Shown here piece after piece: positions 43,280 to 53,840 of a stretch of 64,000 nucleotides of DNA. Origin of the DNA: an uncultured cyanobacterium (GTDB lineage: Bacteria; Cyanobacteriota; Cyanobacteriia; Cyanobacteriales; Nostocaceae); contig CAVUDP010000001.1 in the NCBI GenBank assembly GCA_963740315.1, positions 1,472,001 through 1,536,000 on the forward strand, given 5' to 3'. The notes under the pieces are model-generated. The model did not search any database, had not been told where the DNA came from, and saw only the letters and a list, made by a program, of their open reading frames with translations. The position numbers and the translations under genes were made by a program. How positions within the stretch are numbered: the stretch's first letter is position 1; each line of letters begins with the position of its first letter.

Positions 43280-45114
43280 ATGAAAACAACTAATTCGGGA
43301 ATTAAACTACAGACAACAACACCACCAACTTTACAGATTGAAAGACTAACAGATTTAATGAAGTCGCAATCTGGGCTGATACTTATAGGTTGTTTTTCGG
43401 CGATCGCAATCTTTAAGCTCCTATCCGGTAGCAATCATAAAGGTAAAGTCGCAACCAGTTACTGGGGTGGTAAGCGCGAGAAACAAAAGGCTAAACATAA
43501 AGCTAAAAAGCAGATGGCTAAACCAATCCGCAACTCAGTAGCACTTTATGTCGGTACTCCGCCCCATGTGCGATCGCGAATCGAAAAACAGTGGTATGCT
43601 GCTGGGTTATTAAAAACTAAACCTACGTTCACTCAACAACTGCATAGGTGGAAAGAGCCAGATAGAACGTTATATTTTCCTGATGCTCAAAGAGGAATTT
43701 CTGCCATCGGTGCAGCAGGTTCGGGTAAAACGTTCTCAGTTATAGACCCCTTGCTCCGCAGCGCTTTTGACCAAGGATTCCCGATGTGCCTTTATGATTT
43801 CAAGTACCCGGCGCAGACGGTTCGCGAGCTGTGGCTTATGCAATGAAACGTGGCTATAAGGTGCGGGTGTTTGCGCCGGGATTCCCCGAAAGCGAAACTT
43901 GTAATCCTTTGGATTTACTAAAAGATGAGGAAGACGCGATCGCAGCCGGACAATTGACGCACGTTATTTCTCGTAATTTTGACCGCAATAACAATAGTAG
44001 CGATAAATTCTTTGAAGAAGCTGGCGATAGTTTAGTTGAAGGTATTTTATTGGTAACAAAGGCAGTTAAAACTTTAACTGGGGATGATAAATATTGCGAT
44101 TTGATGATGGCACAAGCAATTTTATCTTTACCAAATTTGGCTGCACGTATGGAAGCTGCTTCCAAAGATAAACTCAAAGTTTGGACTTCTCGTCCGCTTT
44201 CTCAACTTATTAGCGTTAAAGATTCTGAAAAAACAGCAGTGTCGATTATTGGTACCGCACAAAGAATGTTTCAGCGTTTTCTCAAACGCGACTTTGTAGG
44301 TGCATTTTGTGGCAAAACAACGCTACCGCTTGATTTAGATGGAAAGCAGTTAATTGTATTTGGGCTGGATAGAAATAACCGAGATATTGTTGGTCCCTTA
44401 CTTGCGGCTATATTGCATATGATTGTCACCCGCAATGTATCGCGTACCGTGCCGCGTTCCGATCCCTTAATTGTGGCATTAGATGAGTTACCAACTTTAT
44501 ACTTACCAGCATTAGTAAATTGGCTTAACGAAAATAGAGAAGATGGGTTTGTAGGGATTTTAGGATATCAGAATATTGCTCAGTTGGAGAAAGTCTACGG
44601 TAAAGAACTGACAAGAGCTATTTTGGGAGGTACTGCAACTAAGTTTATATTTAACCCACAAGACCCCGAATCTGCAAAGTTGTTCAGCGATTATCTGGGA
44701 GAAATGGAGATTCAGTTTAATTCTAAATCTCGCAGTATGGGCAAAGGGGGAGGCTCTCGCAGTACTAACGAACATCATCAGAAGAGACATCTATTAGAAC
44801 CCGCTCAATTTGCAAAGATGGGTACTGGGAGGGCAGTAATTATTAATCCAGCTTACCAGAGGGGTACGGAAGCTTATGTCCCCTTGTTGCAAAAAATAAA
44901 AGTTCCTTTATCTGACATTGTGCAGATGAATCTTGCTGAGGAAAAATGGGAATTTGTACGAGAAAGACTGGTTCAGAATAACAGAGTACAAATTAGTGAT
45001 TCGGAACGTTCTAATCAGTTTTTAGAACGTGTTCATTTAGCAGAAAAATTATTTCCATTACCTGAGAAACCTGGTACTTTACCCTCTCCTCAAGAGCTTG
45101 CAAGCGTGTTTTAA
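43280..45114 (+). pseudogene. virD4: VirD4/TraD-like type IV coupling protein, frameshifted near 43822
   Basis: Walker A GAAGSGKT and YDFKYP in the first ORF; CNPLD, LDELPT, GYQNIAQL in the second; they join at AQT / RAVAYA; span 1835 nt = 3n+2. Confidence 0.85.
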
Positions 45115-45174
45115 ATGAGATGTTGAGGGCATTCTATTACTTTCGGCGGAATCAAAAATATTGATAATAAAAAA

Positions 45175-45492
45175 ATGCAAACACTACAAACAAACTGGAG
45201 TACAGAGGTTTCATCTCTTTTAAAGAAGTATCCGAAATGGCAGAAAATGTTGATGTCCGCTATTGATAAATCGAAATTAGATACAGGCTATTGTCCTTTC
45301 GTTATAGAAATATTTGACCAATATGGTTTATTGGCTGGCAGAATCAATAAATTTGGATGCTACGAATGCGCGAGAAATAGTAATCAGGAGAGCCAATTTA
45401 TAGCTTGGATGTTTGATGGAGAGTTAGCGATTTTTTATGTAGATTCACAGATACTTCTAAATCGTATACCAGCACAATTCGTGTTAATGTGA
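45175..45492 (+). CDS. Hypothetical protein
   Basis: 105-aa ORF overlapping the start of the next gene. Confidence 0.6.
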   Translation: MQTLQTNWSTEVSSLLKKYPKWQKMLMSAIDKSKLDTGYCPFVIEIFDQYGLLAGRINKFGCYECARNSNQESQFIAWMFDGELAIFYVDSQILLNRIPAQFVLM

Positions 45493-46896
45493 TGAGCGAT
45501 ATATTTACTTTAAACTCTGGTGATGCAACTGCGATGCAACAGCATTACGAACGAATAATTGAAACTTTGTTAAGGACGTTATTGAATGACAAGCATTCAG
45601 GAGAGAACCAGCGGCAAGACTTGAAAATATTTGATGGCGATAGGTTGGTTTACGGACGAGAGAATAATCAATTTCGAGATGAAGTTTCTGGGATATCGGG
45701 ACAGCTTTTAAATCCTCAACTTATTACAGAACTTCAACAATTACGCTCTACTCCTGTTGGTGATGTCGTAGAAGGAGCAATTAATAAAAGAGTTGAATTA
45801 AACGGACAAGTTATTCTACAGAGTGATGAGAGTGGTAAAGTACTTGTTAATAATTTTTTAGAAGCTGAATCAAATCATAGTCAAAGTAAATCAGAAGCAG
45901 CCAAAACCAATAGTCAAGTTTACGAACGGCAAGACTCGAAGCAAATTCATGAAAGCAACTTTCTAAATAATGGCTATAATACTCAAAAATCTGAAATTAA
46001 AAATGATAAAACTTTACCATTAACGAATGGCTCAACGCGAGTTAAAGATTCACTTCAAGTTTTAGAAGATAGTCCTTTAAAGAATATTCTCTTATCTGAA
46101 GTTGAACAGTTAAGAACTGAGTTGAAGGCATTACAGCAAGAACGTAGTTTTTACAAAGAGTTAATCGAACAAAGATTACAGCAACCCAAAAATACTTCAT
46201 GGTGGCAGCAAGCCATTAATAATGTTTCGACTGTGGTTCAAAGCTTAACTTCTGCGATTAAACTAGGGATGCGAGAATTCAAAGAGGATTCTGTACAACA
46301 TAAAGGTGCTGCATCTTTAAAAACTTTATTTCATCTCCAAACACAACCTGGAGCAGATCAATATACTGCCGGTAAGTATCAAATTTCTCGTCAAGGCTCC
46401 TTATATGAAGTATCTAGTTCTTCAACGGGTAAATTGTTAATGCAGTTCCGTTCAACTCCTTTAGGTTTGAAAGTTGAGAAAGGTAATTTGGATAATACAC
46501 AAATTCAAGACATTAGTACACTACAACATTCTATGCAAGAAAAATGAATCTCTACCTACAACATTCACGCCTGTAGGTAAGCAGGAAGCCGAATATTTCT
46601 CTCGTGTAGAAACAGTAACGTCGGCTTTGGTACAGTATGCTATCGCTCAACAGAAAGAAGTTGAAATAGATGGTGTTTTTTCTTATAAATGGACAGCTAG
46701 CCCAGAAGGTAGCGTAAATATTGAAGCGAAAGATGGACGCGGTACATTGTTAGAAAAGGATGGGGGAAAGCTAAAAAGTAATATGAGTCAGAAAGATTTA
46801 ACGTATTTTGAACAAATACTGCCAAAGCTACAACCTAGACAACAAAATTTAGTTTTACCAGAATCTAAGAATAATCAAGGCATTGAATTAGTTTAG
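45489..46896 (+). pseudogene. Hypothetical coiled-coil protein, +1 frameshift near 46542
   Basis: ORFs 45489 and 46474 join across the A-run in CAAGAAAAATGAATC; span 1408 nt = 3n+1. Confidence 0.55.
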
Positions 46897-46914
46897 TAGG
46901 AGCGTAGATTACCA

Positions 46915-48516
46915 ATGGAATTATCTTATTTGAATTTATTGATTGATTCAGGTGTTCCCTTCTTTAACATAACGACTTCAACAAGGGAACGTATGAGTGT
47001 TTTAGAGTGGATTTACCACAATTGTGCGGAACCAAAAAGCATTCCTGTTTATTTATGGAATTCTGGCTGGGGATGTTTTGAACAAGTAAATTATACTTCG
47101 GAAAAAAAAATAGGTTTTTCAGTCATACATAATTCGGATTTATGTAACTGTAAACAAGATATATTTTCTGCTTTCGATTTTTTGGATAATCATAAGGCAG
47201 AAGGAATATTTATATTTGAAAACTTGTTATCTTTAGAAAATACCGCATCAAATTCAGATAAATTATTTTCTCATAAGCTAGTATCGCAAATAGTTAATAT
47301 CTACTATGAATTAGAAAATAACGATTGTTTTAAAAAAATAATCATTTTGACTACTGATAATATCGAGATGCCTTCCTCTCTATCTAGTTTAATACCTACT
47401 TTGTTCAATCCATTACCTTTGGGCAAGGATATTGCTGATTTATTACAAAAAAAATTACCATGTTTGATAAATGAAAATGATATATCAACTTTAGTAAATG
47501 CAGTAATAGGTTTGACTCTCGAAGAAATTCGTAATGGTTTAGCAATTGCATCTAGTTCTTGCTTTTTATCAAATATTAATGAATTATCTAAACAACTTCT
47601 AGCTTATAAAATGAATCGGTTTCGCTCTTTCAATTTGAATTTTGTTTCAAAGCCAAGCGTACCTGATTTTGGCGGTTTAGATTTATTCAAGAAGTTCATC
47701 CAACAAGCAAAACTGGATTTTTTGATCCAAGCAAGAGATAACAATATCCCTCTTCCCAAGGGATGCTTATTAGTGGGACCACCCGGAACTGGTAAAACAC
47801 TTGCTGCAAATGTTTGTGCCCTAATACTAGGTTTTCCTCTTGTTAGCGTCGATACCGCTGCGGTTATGAGCGGTGGTGCAACTTATTTAAAGCGCACCTT
47901 AGAAAGAGTGGAGGCTTGCGCTCCTGTGGTGCTTTACTTTGATGAATTGGATAAACTGTTTTTTAATTCTACGGACGACGGCTCCAGTATTCATTCGACG
48001 GAGATTTTAGGAACTTTGCTAACTTGGTTACAGGATAAAAATACCTCAGTGTTTGTCGTTGCCACTCTTAACCGACTTGATGCGTTACCACCAGAATTAA
48101 CCAGGATGGGAAGATTTGATGAAATATTTTATGTGGGATTCCCTCAAGCTTACGAGCGTAAGGAAATTTTGATGATGCATTTGGCAAGATTTGATAAGCG
48201 CTATAAGGATAGTGATGTGCTTACACAAAAGGAATGGCGGATTATTCTCAATAAAACTGTTAATTGTACTGGTGCGGAATTAGCTCGAATGGTGGAGAAG
48301 GCTGCACGCAAATTATTTCATCAAGGACTACATATGAATATTGGTTTAAAAGAATTCTTAGAACAGCGGGATTCGATGGTGCCGTTGTATGTCAGGGACA
48401 CTGATAGAATTTTGGCGATCGCCAACCGTGCTAAATATTTTGCACAGCCTGCTAGTAGTGAAGATACATCGGAGTTTGCACCTGTAATTACTTCCTTTTG
48501 GGGCGACGCAGGATGA
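46915..48516 (+). CDS. Ycf46-like AAA+ ATPase
   Basis: GPPGTGKT, YFDELDK, ATLNRLDALPPELTRMGRFDEIFYV. Confidence 0.88.
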   Translation: MELSYLNLLIDSGVPFFNITTSTRERMSVLEWIYHNCAEPKSIPVYLWNSGWGCFEQVNYTSEKKIGFSVIHNSDLCNCKQDIFSAFDFLDNHKAEGIFIFENLLSLENTASNSDKLFSHKLVSQIVNIYYELENNDCFKKIIILTTDNIEMPSSLSSLIPTLFNPLPLGKDIADLLQKKLPCLINENDISTLVNAVIGLTLEEIRNGLAIASSSCFLSNINELSKQLLAYKMNRFRSFNLNFVSKPSVPDFGGLDLFKKFIQQAKLDFLIQARDNNIPLPKGCLLVGPPGTGKTLAANVCALILGFPLVSVDTAAVMSGGATYLKRTLERVEACAPVVLYFDELDKLFFNSTDDGSSIHSTEILGTLLTWLQDKNTSVFVVATLNRLDALPPELTRMGRFDEIFYVGFPQAYERKEILMMHLARFDKRYKDSDVLTQKEWRIILNKTVNCTGAELARMVEKAARKLFHQGLHMNIGLKEFLEQRDSMVPLYVRDTDRILAIANRAKYFAQPASSEDTSEFAPVITSFWGDAG

Positions 48517-48538
48517 AATGATAACTAGCCCTAATAAC

Positions 48539-48886
48539 CTATACCGCTTGTATTAATGAAGCAGATTCAGTTTTCGCTTGATTTTCTACTAGGGAATTAG
48601 CAATTAAAGTTAATACTTCGGATTTACACTCTACTGACATAGAATTAATAAGCGAACGTAAATCAACTGTGTCTAGCATTGACTCCCCATTTATGCAGGA
48701 AAAGTAGTAAATCCTAGCTTCTGAAGGCAAAGCGGCTATCAAGTTGAAAAGAGTTTCAGCCATCAAATCTTTACCGTTCCGAAACTGGCTAATCTGACGC
48801 TCCTGCACCCCACTTTTCTGAGCTAGGACTTTTGCCTGAATACCGAATTTTTTTAATGTCTGGTTAAAAGCTTCTCTATAATGCAT
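48539..48886 (-). CDS. XRE-family HTH regulator (similar to the 27597 gene)
   Basis: AKVLAQKSGVQERQISQFRNGKDL. Confidence 0.8.
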   Translation of the reverse strand: MHYREAFNQTLKKFGIQAKVLAQKSGVQERQISQFRNGKDLMAETLFNLIAALPSEARIYYFSCINGESMLDTVDLRSLINSMSVECKSEVLTLIANSLVENQAKTESASLIQAV

Positions 48887-49166
48887 TTTTATATATAAAA
48901 GTACAATTTATGCTAATTAAATTGTATTATTAATCTATAAGCACAAAAGCCTAGATACAAGGCGGATAGTTTAATCCTACCAGATTAATCCGGTTGCGAC
49001 TTAATGTTCTGCCTCCGTCAATAAATTTACTGTGAAACTCTCAAACCTTCACAATACCAGGTTAAATCGTTGATATCTATCTAGCAATATCTTTGTTCCT
49101 ACTTCTATTTAATAAGTGTGTTTGCTCTTGGCTCGTAGAGAATTCATTAGTAAGGAAGATATAAAA

Positions 49167-51261
49167 ATGACAACTCTTTTTGACATTGAATTATATCAGG
49201 ACTTTGAAAAACAAAGTTGTCAAGGCGACTGGGATAAAGTTTTTTATGACCCTGCTTGGGACGAATTAAGCTATCTTCCCGAAATTGAGCAAAACAAAGT
49301 TTTGGGAGAGGAAGAGGAAACTTTATCCCCGCAGAACAAACATTCCGAGGCACGATCTGATTCAAAATTGTCTGAATCGATAACGCTCCAATCGGCGGAT
49401 GCAGAAAAATTAACTTCAACTTATATAGGCTCGATCCAACAATCAAAAGATAAAGACCTTACATTAAAAGCAATCAGCTTGTGGCAGCCTTATTGCTATG
49501 CAGATTACTTTGGGTTTAAAAAAGTATGAGACTAGAAGTTGGAAAACCAACTATAGAGGCAAACTATTAATTTGCTCTACAGGCAAGCTTACTAAAAAGC
49601 AATATCAACAGTATCTAAAGATTGGTAATAGCCTCGAATTACCAGTTTGGAGCGAAATTAATTTTCCGTGTGGGAAGGCGATCGCCATTTGCGATTTAGT
49701 AGATTGCATCCCCATAACACCATCGTTTATTGCTCAACAGTCAGAAACAGAAGTACTCTGCGGTGATTGGGAAGTTGGACGTTATGCATGGAAGTTAAAA
49801 AATATTCAACCAATAACAGAACCGTTTGCTGTTAAAGGTAAACAAGGACTGTTTAATATCTGTGTTGATACTCTCTTATCCAATTGTGAAGTAGCAGAAT
49901 TAATAAAGGCTAAGGAAACAACTATTCCTATTCCACCAGAAGATTACTTAAAGTCGAAGGTAGGGGGAAAAGAAATTACATCGGTAAACTTAGAGCGGGA
50001 AGGGAGTAAAGAATCATTATCCTCAGACGAATGGTATACTCCACCTCATATTTTTGAGCTTGTGCTTCAAATGCTGGGAAAGATTGATCTTGACCCGTGC
50101 GCGGATGATGGAAAACAGATACCTGCAACACTGCACTACACCGCGATGGATGATGGATTAATTAGAGAGTGGGAAGGGCGCGTATTTATGAATCCTCCTT
50201 ATTCCAAACCAAGTGTGTGGATGAATAAGCTGCAAGCTGAGATTGAATCGGGACGGGTAACGGAAGCTATCGCGCTTGTTCCCGCCGCTACTGATACTAA
50301 ATGGTTATCTCCATTTTTAAAATCTCAACCCGTTTGTTTTTGGACTGGTCGAATCAAGTTCCTCGATACTAATTACAAGCCAAGATTATCAGCACGGCAA
50401 GCGCATTGTCTTTTGTACTGGGGTAAGAATTGGCAAAGGTTTAAGGAAATATTTAACTCTCATGGTGTGGTTTATCCGCCAGCATCTATTTCCGTGAACA
50501 AGAATGTCGCTACTCAAAATGCACTACTACCTGTTGAGCGAACCAGTAGTACTCACTTGGAAGAACATTCAACATCGGTACTAATGGCTAACTCAACCGT
50601 TAGTACTCAAGAGCAAGCGGAAATAGACCCGGTACTAATGGTTAACTCAACCTTTAGTACTCAAGAGCAAGCGGAAATAGAACCAGTACTAATGGTTAAC
50701 TCAACCGTTAGTACTCAAGAGCAAGCAGAAACAGAACCAGTACTAATGGTTCACTCAACCGTTAGTACTCAAGAGCAAGCAGAAACAGAACCAGTACTAA
50801 TGGTTCACTCAACCGTTAGTACTCAAGAGCAAGCAGAAACAGAACCAGTACTAATGGTTCACTCAACCGTTAGTACTCAAGAGCAAGCAGAAATAGAACC
50901 AGTACTAATGGTTAACTCAACCGTTAGTACTCAAGAGCAAGCAGAAATAGAACCAGTACTAATGGTTCACTCAACCGTTAGTACTCAAGAGCAAGCAGAA
51001 ATAGAACCAGTACTAATGGTTCACTCAACCGTTAGTACTAAAAGAAGAGACCGAGGAGAAGGTACGGGTAGAATTCAGGTACGAACTATTACTAAGAAAA
51101 ATGGTAAACAGTACCAACAGGCTTGGTATGACTGGCAGCTAAAAAGTGGTGAAAAAATAATTTCTAAAAGTACTTACATTCCCAAGCGATTATTGCCCCA
51201 GGTGCAGAGATTGGAAGCGGGTAAAGCACCAGTGAGACAAATTCTAAATTTATTAGATTAA
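49167..51261 (+). pseudogene. ASCH domain + phage-type DNA N6-adenine methyltransferase + 18-aa repeats + basic C-terminal domain; +1 frameshift near 49493
   Basis: KAISLWQPY / AMQITLGLKKYETRSW...KGKQGLF (ASCH); DEWYTPP, DLDPC, DGL..W..RVFMNPPYS, LVPAATDT.W (Dam-like); span 2095 nt = 3n+1. Confidence 0.8.
50578..51039 (+). repeat. 54-bp tandem repeat, 8 full units plus 1 partial, each with a 13-bp-stem palindrome
   Basis: Unit AGTACTAATGGTT-(C/A)ACTC-AACCGTTAGTACT-CAAGAGCAAGCAGAAA(T/C)AGAACC encodes VLMVHSTVSTQEQAE(I/T)EP. Confidence 0.95.
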
Positions 51262-51459
51262 AAACATAAACCTAGAAGAATAGGTCAATCATTCAGAAGC
51301 TGAGTTGTGCTTACGTAAATGTGGATATTGGTTATCATTAAAAGGAAAACCACAAACGCGAAACGTTGAAAGCGTTACAGTTTATTTGCCGCGCCAACAG
51401 CTATTTACAGTGAATGCCGTAAAAAATCTTATGGAGCAGGTTGAAGCAAGAGGTCGATT

Positions 51460-52003
51460 ATGAAAGCAATCGTTAATGATATTGAAATACTTAACTCTTT
51501 AGAACCATGTCAAGTTGAAAGTTATTTAAAGTCTAAAGGATGGCATGAAAGGACTCGCGTACCCAATGAAGTGTCGGGATGGACTAGAGATACTTTCTCC
51601 GACGACAAAATCAAAATTTATTTACCATTAGACCCTAGTTTTGATGACTACCCGCGCCGTATGTATGAAGTTATGGAAATTTTAGAAAAAGTAGAGAATC
51701 GTTCTCAGCTTGATATCCACCAGCGAACTTATTACTATTATTCATAACGTTACCGTTCAAGGTTTTGTGATACAAATTGACGAACCATTGTCGGAACATT
51801 TGGATGGTGAAGTAACCTTGATGGGTGTAGTAGTTAATAAACTAAGAAAAATAAAAACTGAATTAAAAAACCACGATTATATTTTAGCAATTAAGGCTTA
51901 TCAAGAACGCTTAACAATCACTTCTCAAGGCGATTTGATTAAAGATAATGATGCTTTTATTTTAAAAAAACCATCTAATATAACTTTAAAAAATCTTGAA
52001 TAA
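51460..52003 (+). pseudogene. Hypothetical protein, +1 frameshift near 51718
   Basis: ORFs 51460 and 51710 join at SQLDI / TSELITIIH; span 544 nt = 3n+1. Confidence 0.6.
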
Positions 52004-52101
52004 CACTATTAACAAATAATAGCTACTTCAAGCACGTCATTTTTAATCTTTAAGCTCTTCAAAAATACCATGCTACTTTTCTATCAATAATTTACAAATC
52101 A

Positions 52102-52953
52102 CTAAAAACCACTAGACAGAACCTTCTCAACCCTCGTCGGAATATTCTCTTCCGCACAAGCTTTCAAAACCTTAATAGCAGTTTTATTGCTCTTCTTCGC
52201 GAAATACTCCCATATTCTGAGCCAATCATTACAACTAAAAGTATGCACTTGTACTACTCCAAGTTCAGTAATAAATCGACATTCGATAGCTTGGTGAGAT
52301 ATCCCCATTTTAGAGAGCATTCTGGCTTTTTTAGGTGAATTGTCCATCAACCAATCATAATTCATTTCAATACACTGCAATCCCTGTGCATATGAAATCC
52401 TATATTCTCCAGTTGCTAACACCAGAATTTCCAAATTAATCTCATCATCAAGTTGAATTTGAATTGGATTTGCTCTTTTTACTAAAGAACTACTTTTAAA
52501 AAAGCAGGGATTTGGTAAAACAAAGTCTTTCTGTGATTGAAAATTTAATCCGTCTATAAAATCTTCCCATTCTTCACGACATAGAGATAATCGATGATGC
52601 TTTAATTTACCTCCTTCGAGAAGGTGCTGTAAATAAGTTGCGATTGCGGGTAAAGTAATTGCATTAATAACAACTTGAGAAGGAATTCTGACATCTATTG
52701 TTTCTAAATTATTGGATTGCACAAAATCTATAACATCCGCTTTCGATTGTCCTACTAATCGTGCGGTTTGACGAGCGCTCATTACTTTCGTACCGTCTGG
52801 AAGTCGATAAGTCGTCCAATAATGATGTCTCCATCGCCATCTAGATAAAGTTGTGTTTGGTATTTTTAAATTACGATTTGGATAAACAATTCTTTTTGAA
52901 CGGTTACTTTCTACTGGTTTCAGAGTATTAGATAGATTCATATTTTGTGACAA
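52102..52953 (-). CDS. Hypothetical protein with two antirepressor-like repeats
   Basis: YRLPDGTKVMSARQTARLVG and LVLATGEYRISYAQGLQCIE look like duplicated domains. Confidence 0.6.
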   Translation of the reverse strand: MSQNMNLSNTLKPVESNRSKRIVYPNRNLKIPNTTLSRWRWRHHYWTTYRLPDGTKVMSARQTARLVGQSKADVIDFVQSNNLETIDVRIPSQVVINAITLPAIATYLQHLLEGGKLKHHRLSLCREEWEDFIDGLNFQSQKDFVLPNPCFFKSSSLVKRANPIQIQLDDEINLEILVLATGEYRISYAQGLQCIEMNYDWLMDNSPKKARMLSKMGISHQAIECRFITELGVVQVHTFSCNDWLRIWEYFAKKSNKTAIKVLKACAEENIPTRVEKVLSSGF

Positions 52954-53360
52954 TTAATTTAGAAAAAATGCTTTTAGCGTTCTTCCATCTAACCGTTTTA
53001 ACAATTTCGTATAATAACTAGATTGTTATCTTCTCTTACTGTTTTTTAGTAGATACACCCGTTTATATTATTTCAAATTTTGTTGATTTTATATTTGTCG
53101 TTGTCAGCAACACGAATCAGAAATAATTAGCTTTTGATATGCTATTAAACACTGACTTAACTGTAGCTTAAGTTAATATGAATAAACCAATGCTACATAA
53201 ATATTTAAATATTACACTTCGATTTATTGTTTATATTTTTACTTTCAAAATAAATATTTTTTGACCTATTTTGACACAAATTTGATGTGAGAAAAGACAA
53301 AATAACGGTCAATAACTATTAATCCCTTCAATAGCTATCGACCGTTAATATAGTAAAACC

Positions 53361-53840
53361 TTAATTATTAGTGTATTTCAAAATTAAATCTACATTTTTA
53401 GCTTCTTGCTTTTTACCTTGCTGTAAATAAAGGGTTTTAGCATGGCGAAGAGATTTTTTACCTTCTGCGATATTTTTCTGGCAGATTAGACTCATACCTT
53501 GCCCTTGGTAGCCTAAAGCGATGTCAGAATCAAGAGAAATTGCTTTTTTAAACGACTTTTGTGCGTTCTTGCAATTAGCTAGATGCTGTACATTTTTATT
53601 TTGTTGAAATGGTGATATTTCATTCATCAGTTCGTAACCCCGTTCAACGTATTCCTGTGCCGTTTCAGGTTGCTTCTTATTCTCGGGTTTTTGAAAATTT
53701 TCCGTTACCGATTTGAACCAAATGTCAACACCTATTATCACTCCTAACAAAGCAAATCCTAATGTGTAGGATAAGGGATTATTGCTCATCAAGAATGACA
53801 ATATTGTCATTTCATTGCGTTCTCTATTCCAACGTGGCAT
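53361..53840 (-). CDS. Membrane-anchored TPR-like protein
   Basis: N-terminal TM; AQEYVERG..., FKKAISLD...GYQGQG TPR-like helices. Confidence 0.65.
   Translation of the reverse strand: MPRWNRERNEMTILSFLMSNNPLSYTLGFALLGVIIGVDIWFKSVTENFQKPENKKQPETAQEYVERGYELMNEISPFQQNKNVQHLANCKNAQKSFKKAISLDSDIALGYQGQGMSLICQKNIAEGKKSLRHAKTLYLQQGKKQEAKNVDLILKYTNN

Noticed and set aside
50685..51024. LexA boxes in the 54-bp repeat (AGTACTAATGGTTC)
   Set aside because: One base too long between half-sites compared with AGTAC-N4-GTWCT; better explained as a palindrome arm.
50578..51039. CRISPR array
   Set aside because: The linkers are near-identical rather than unique spacers, the period is an in-frame 54 bp inside a CDS, and there are no cas genes in the window.
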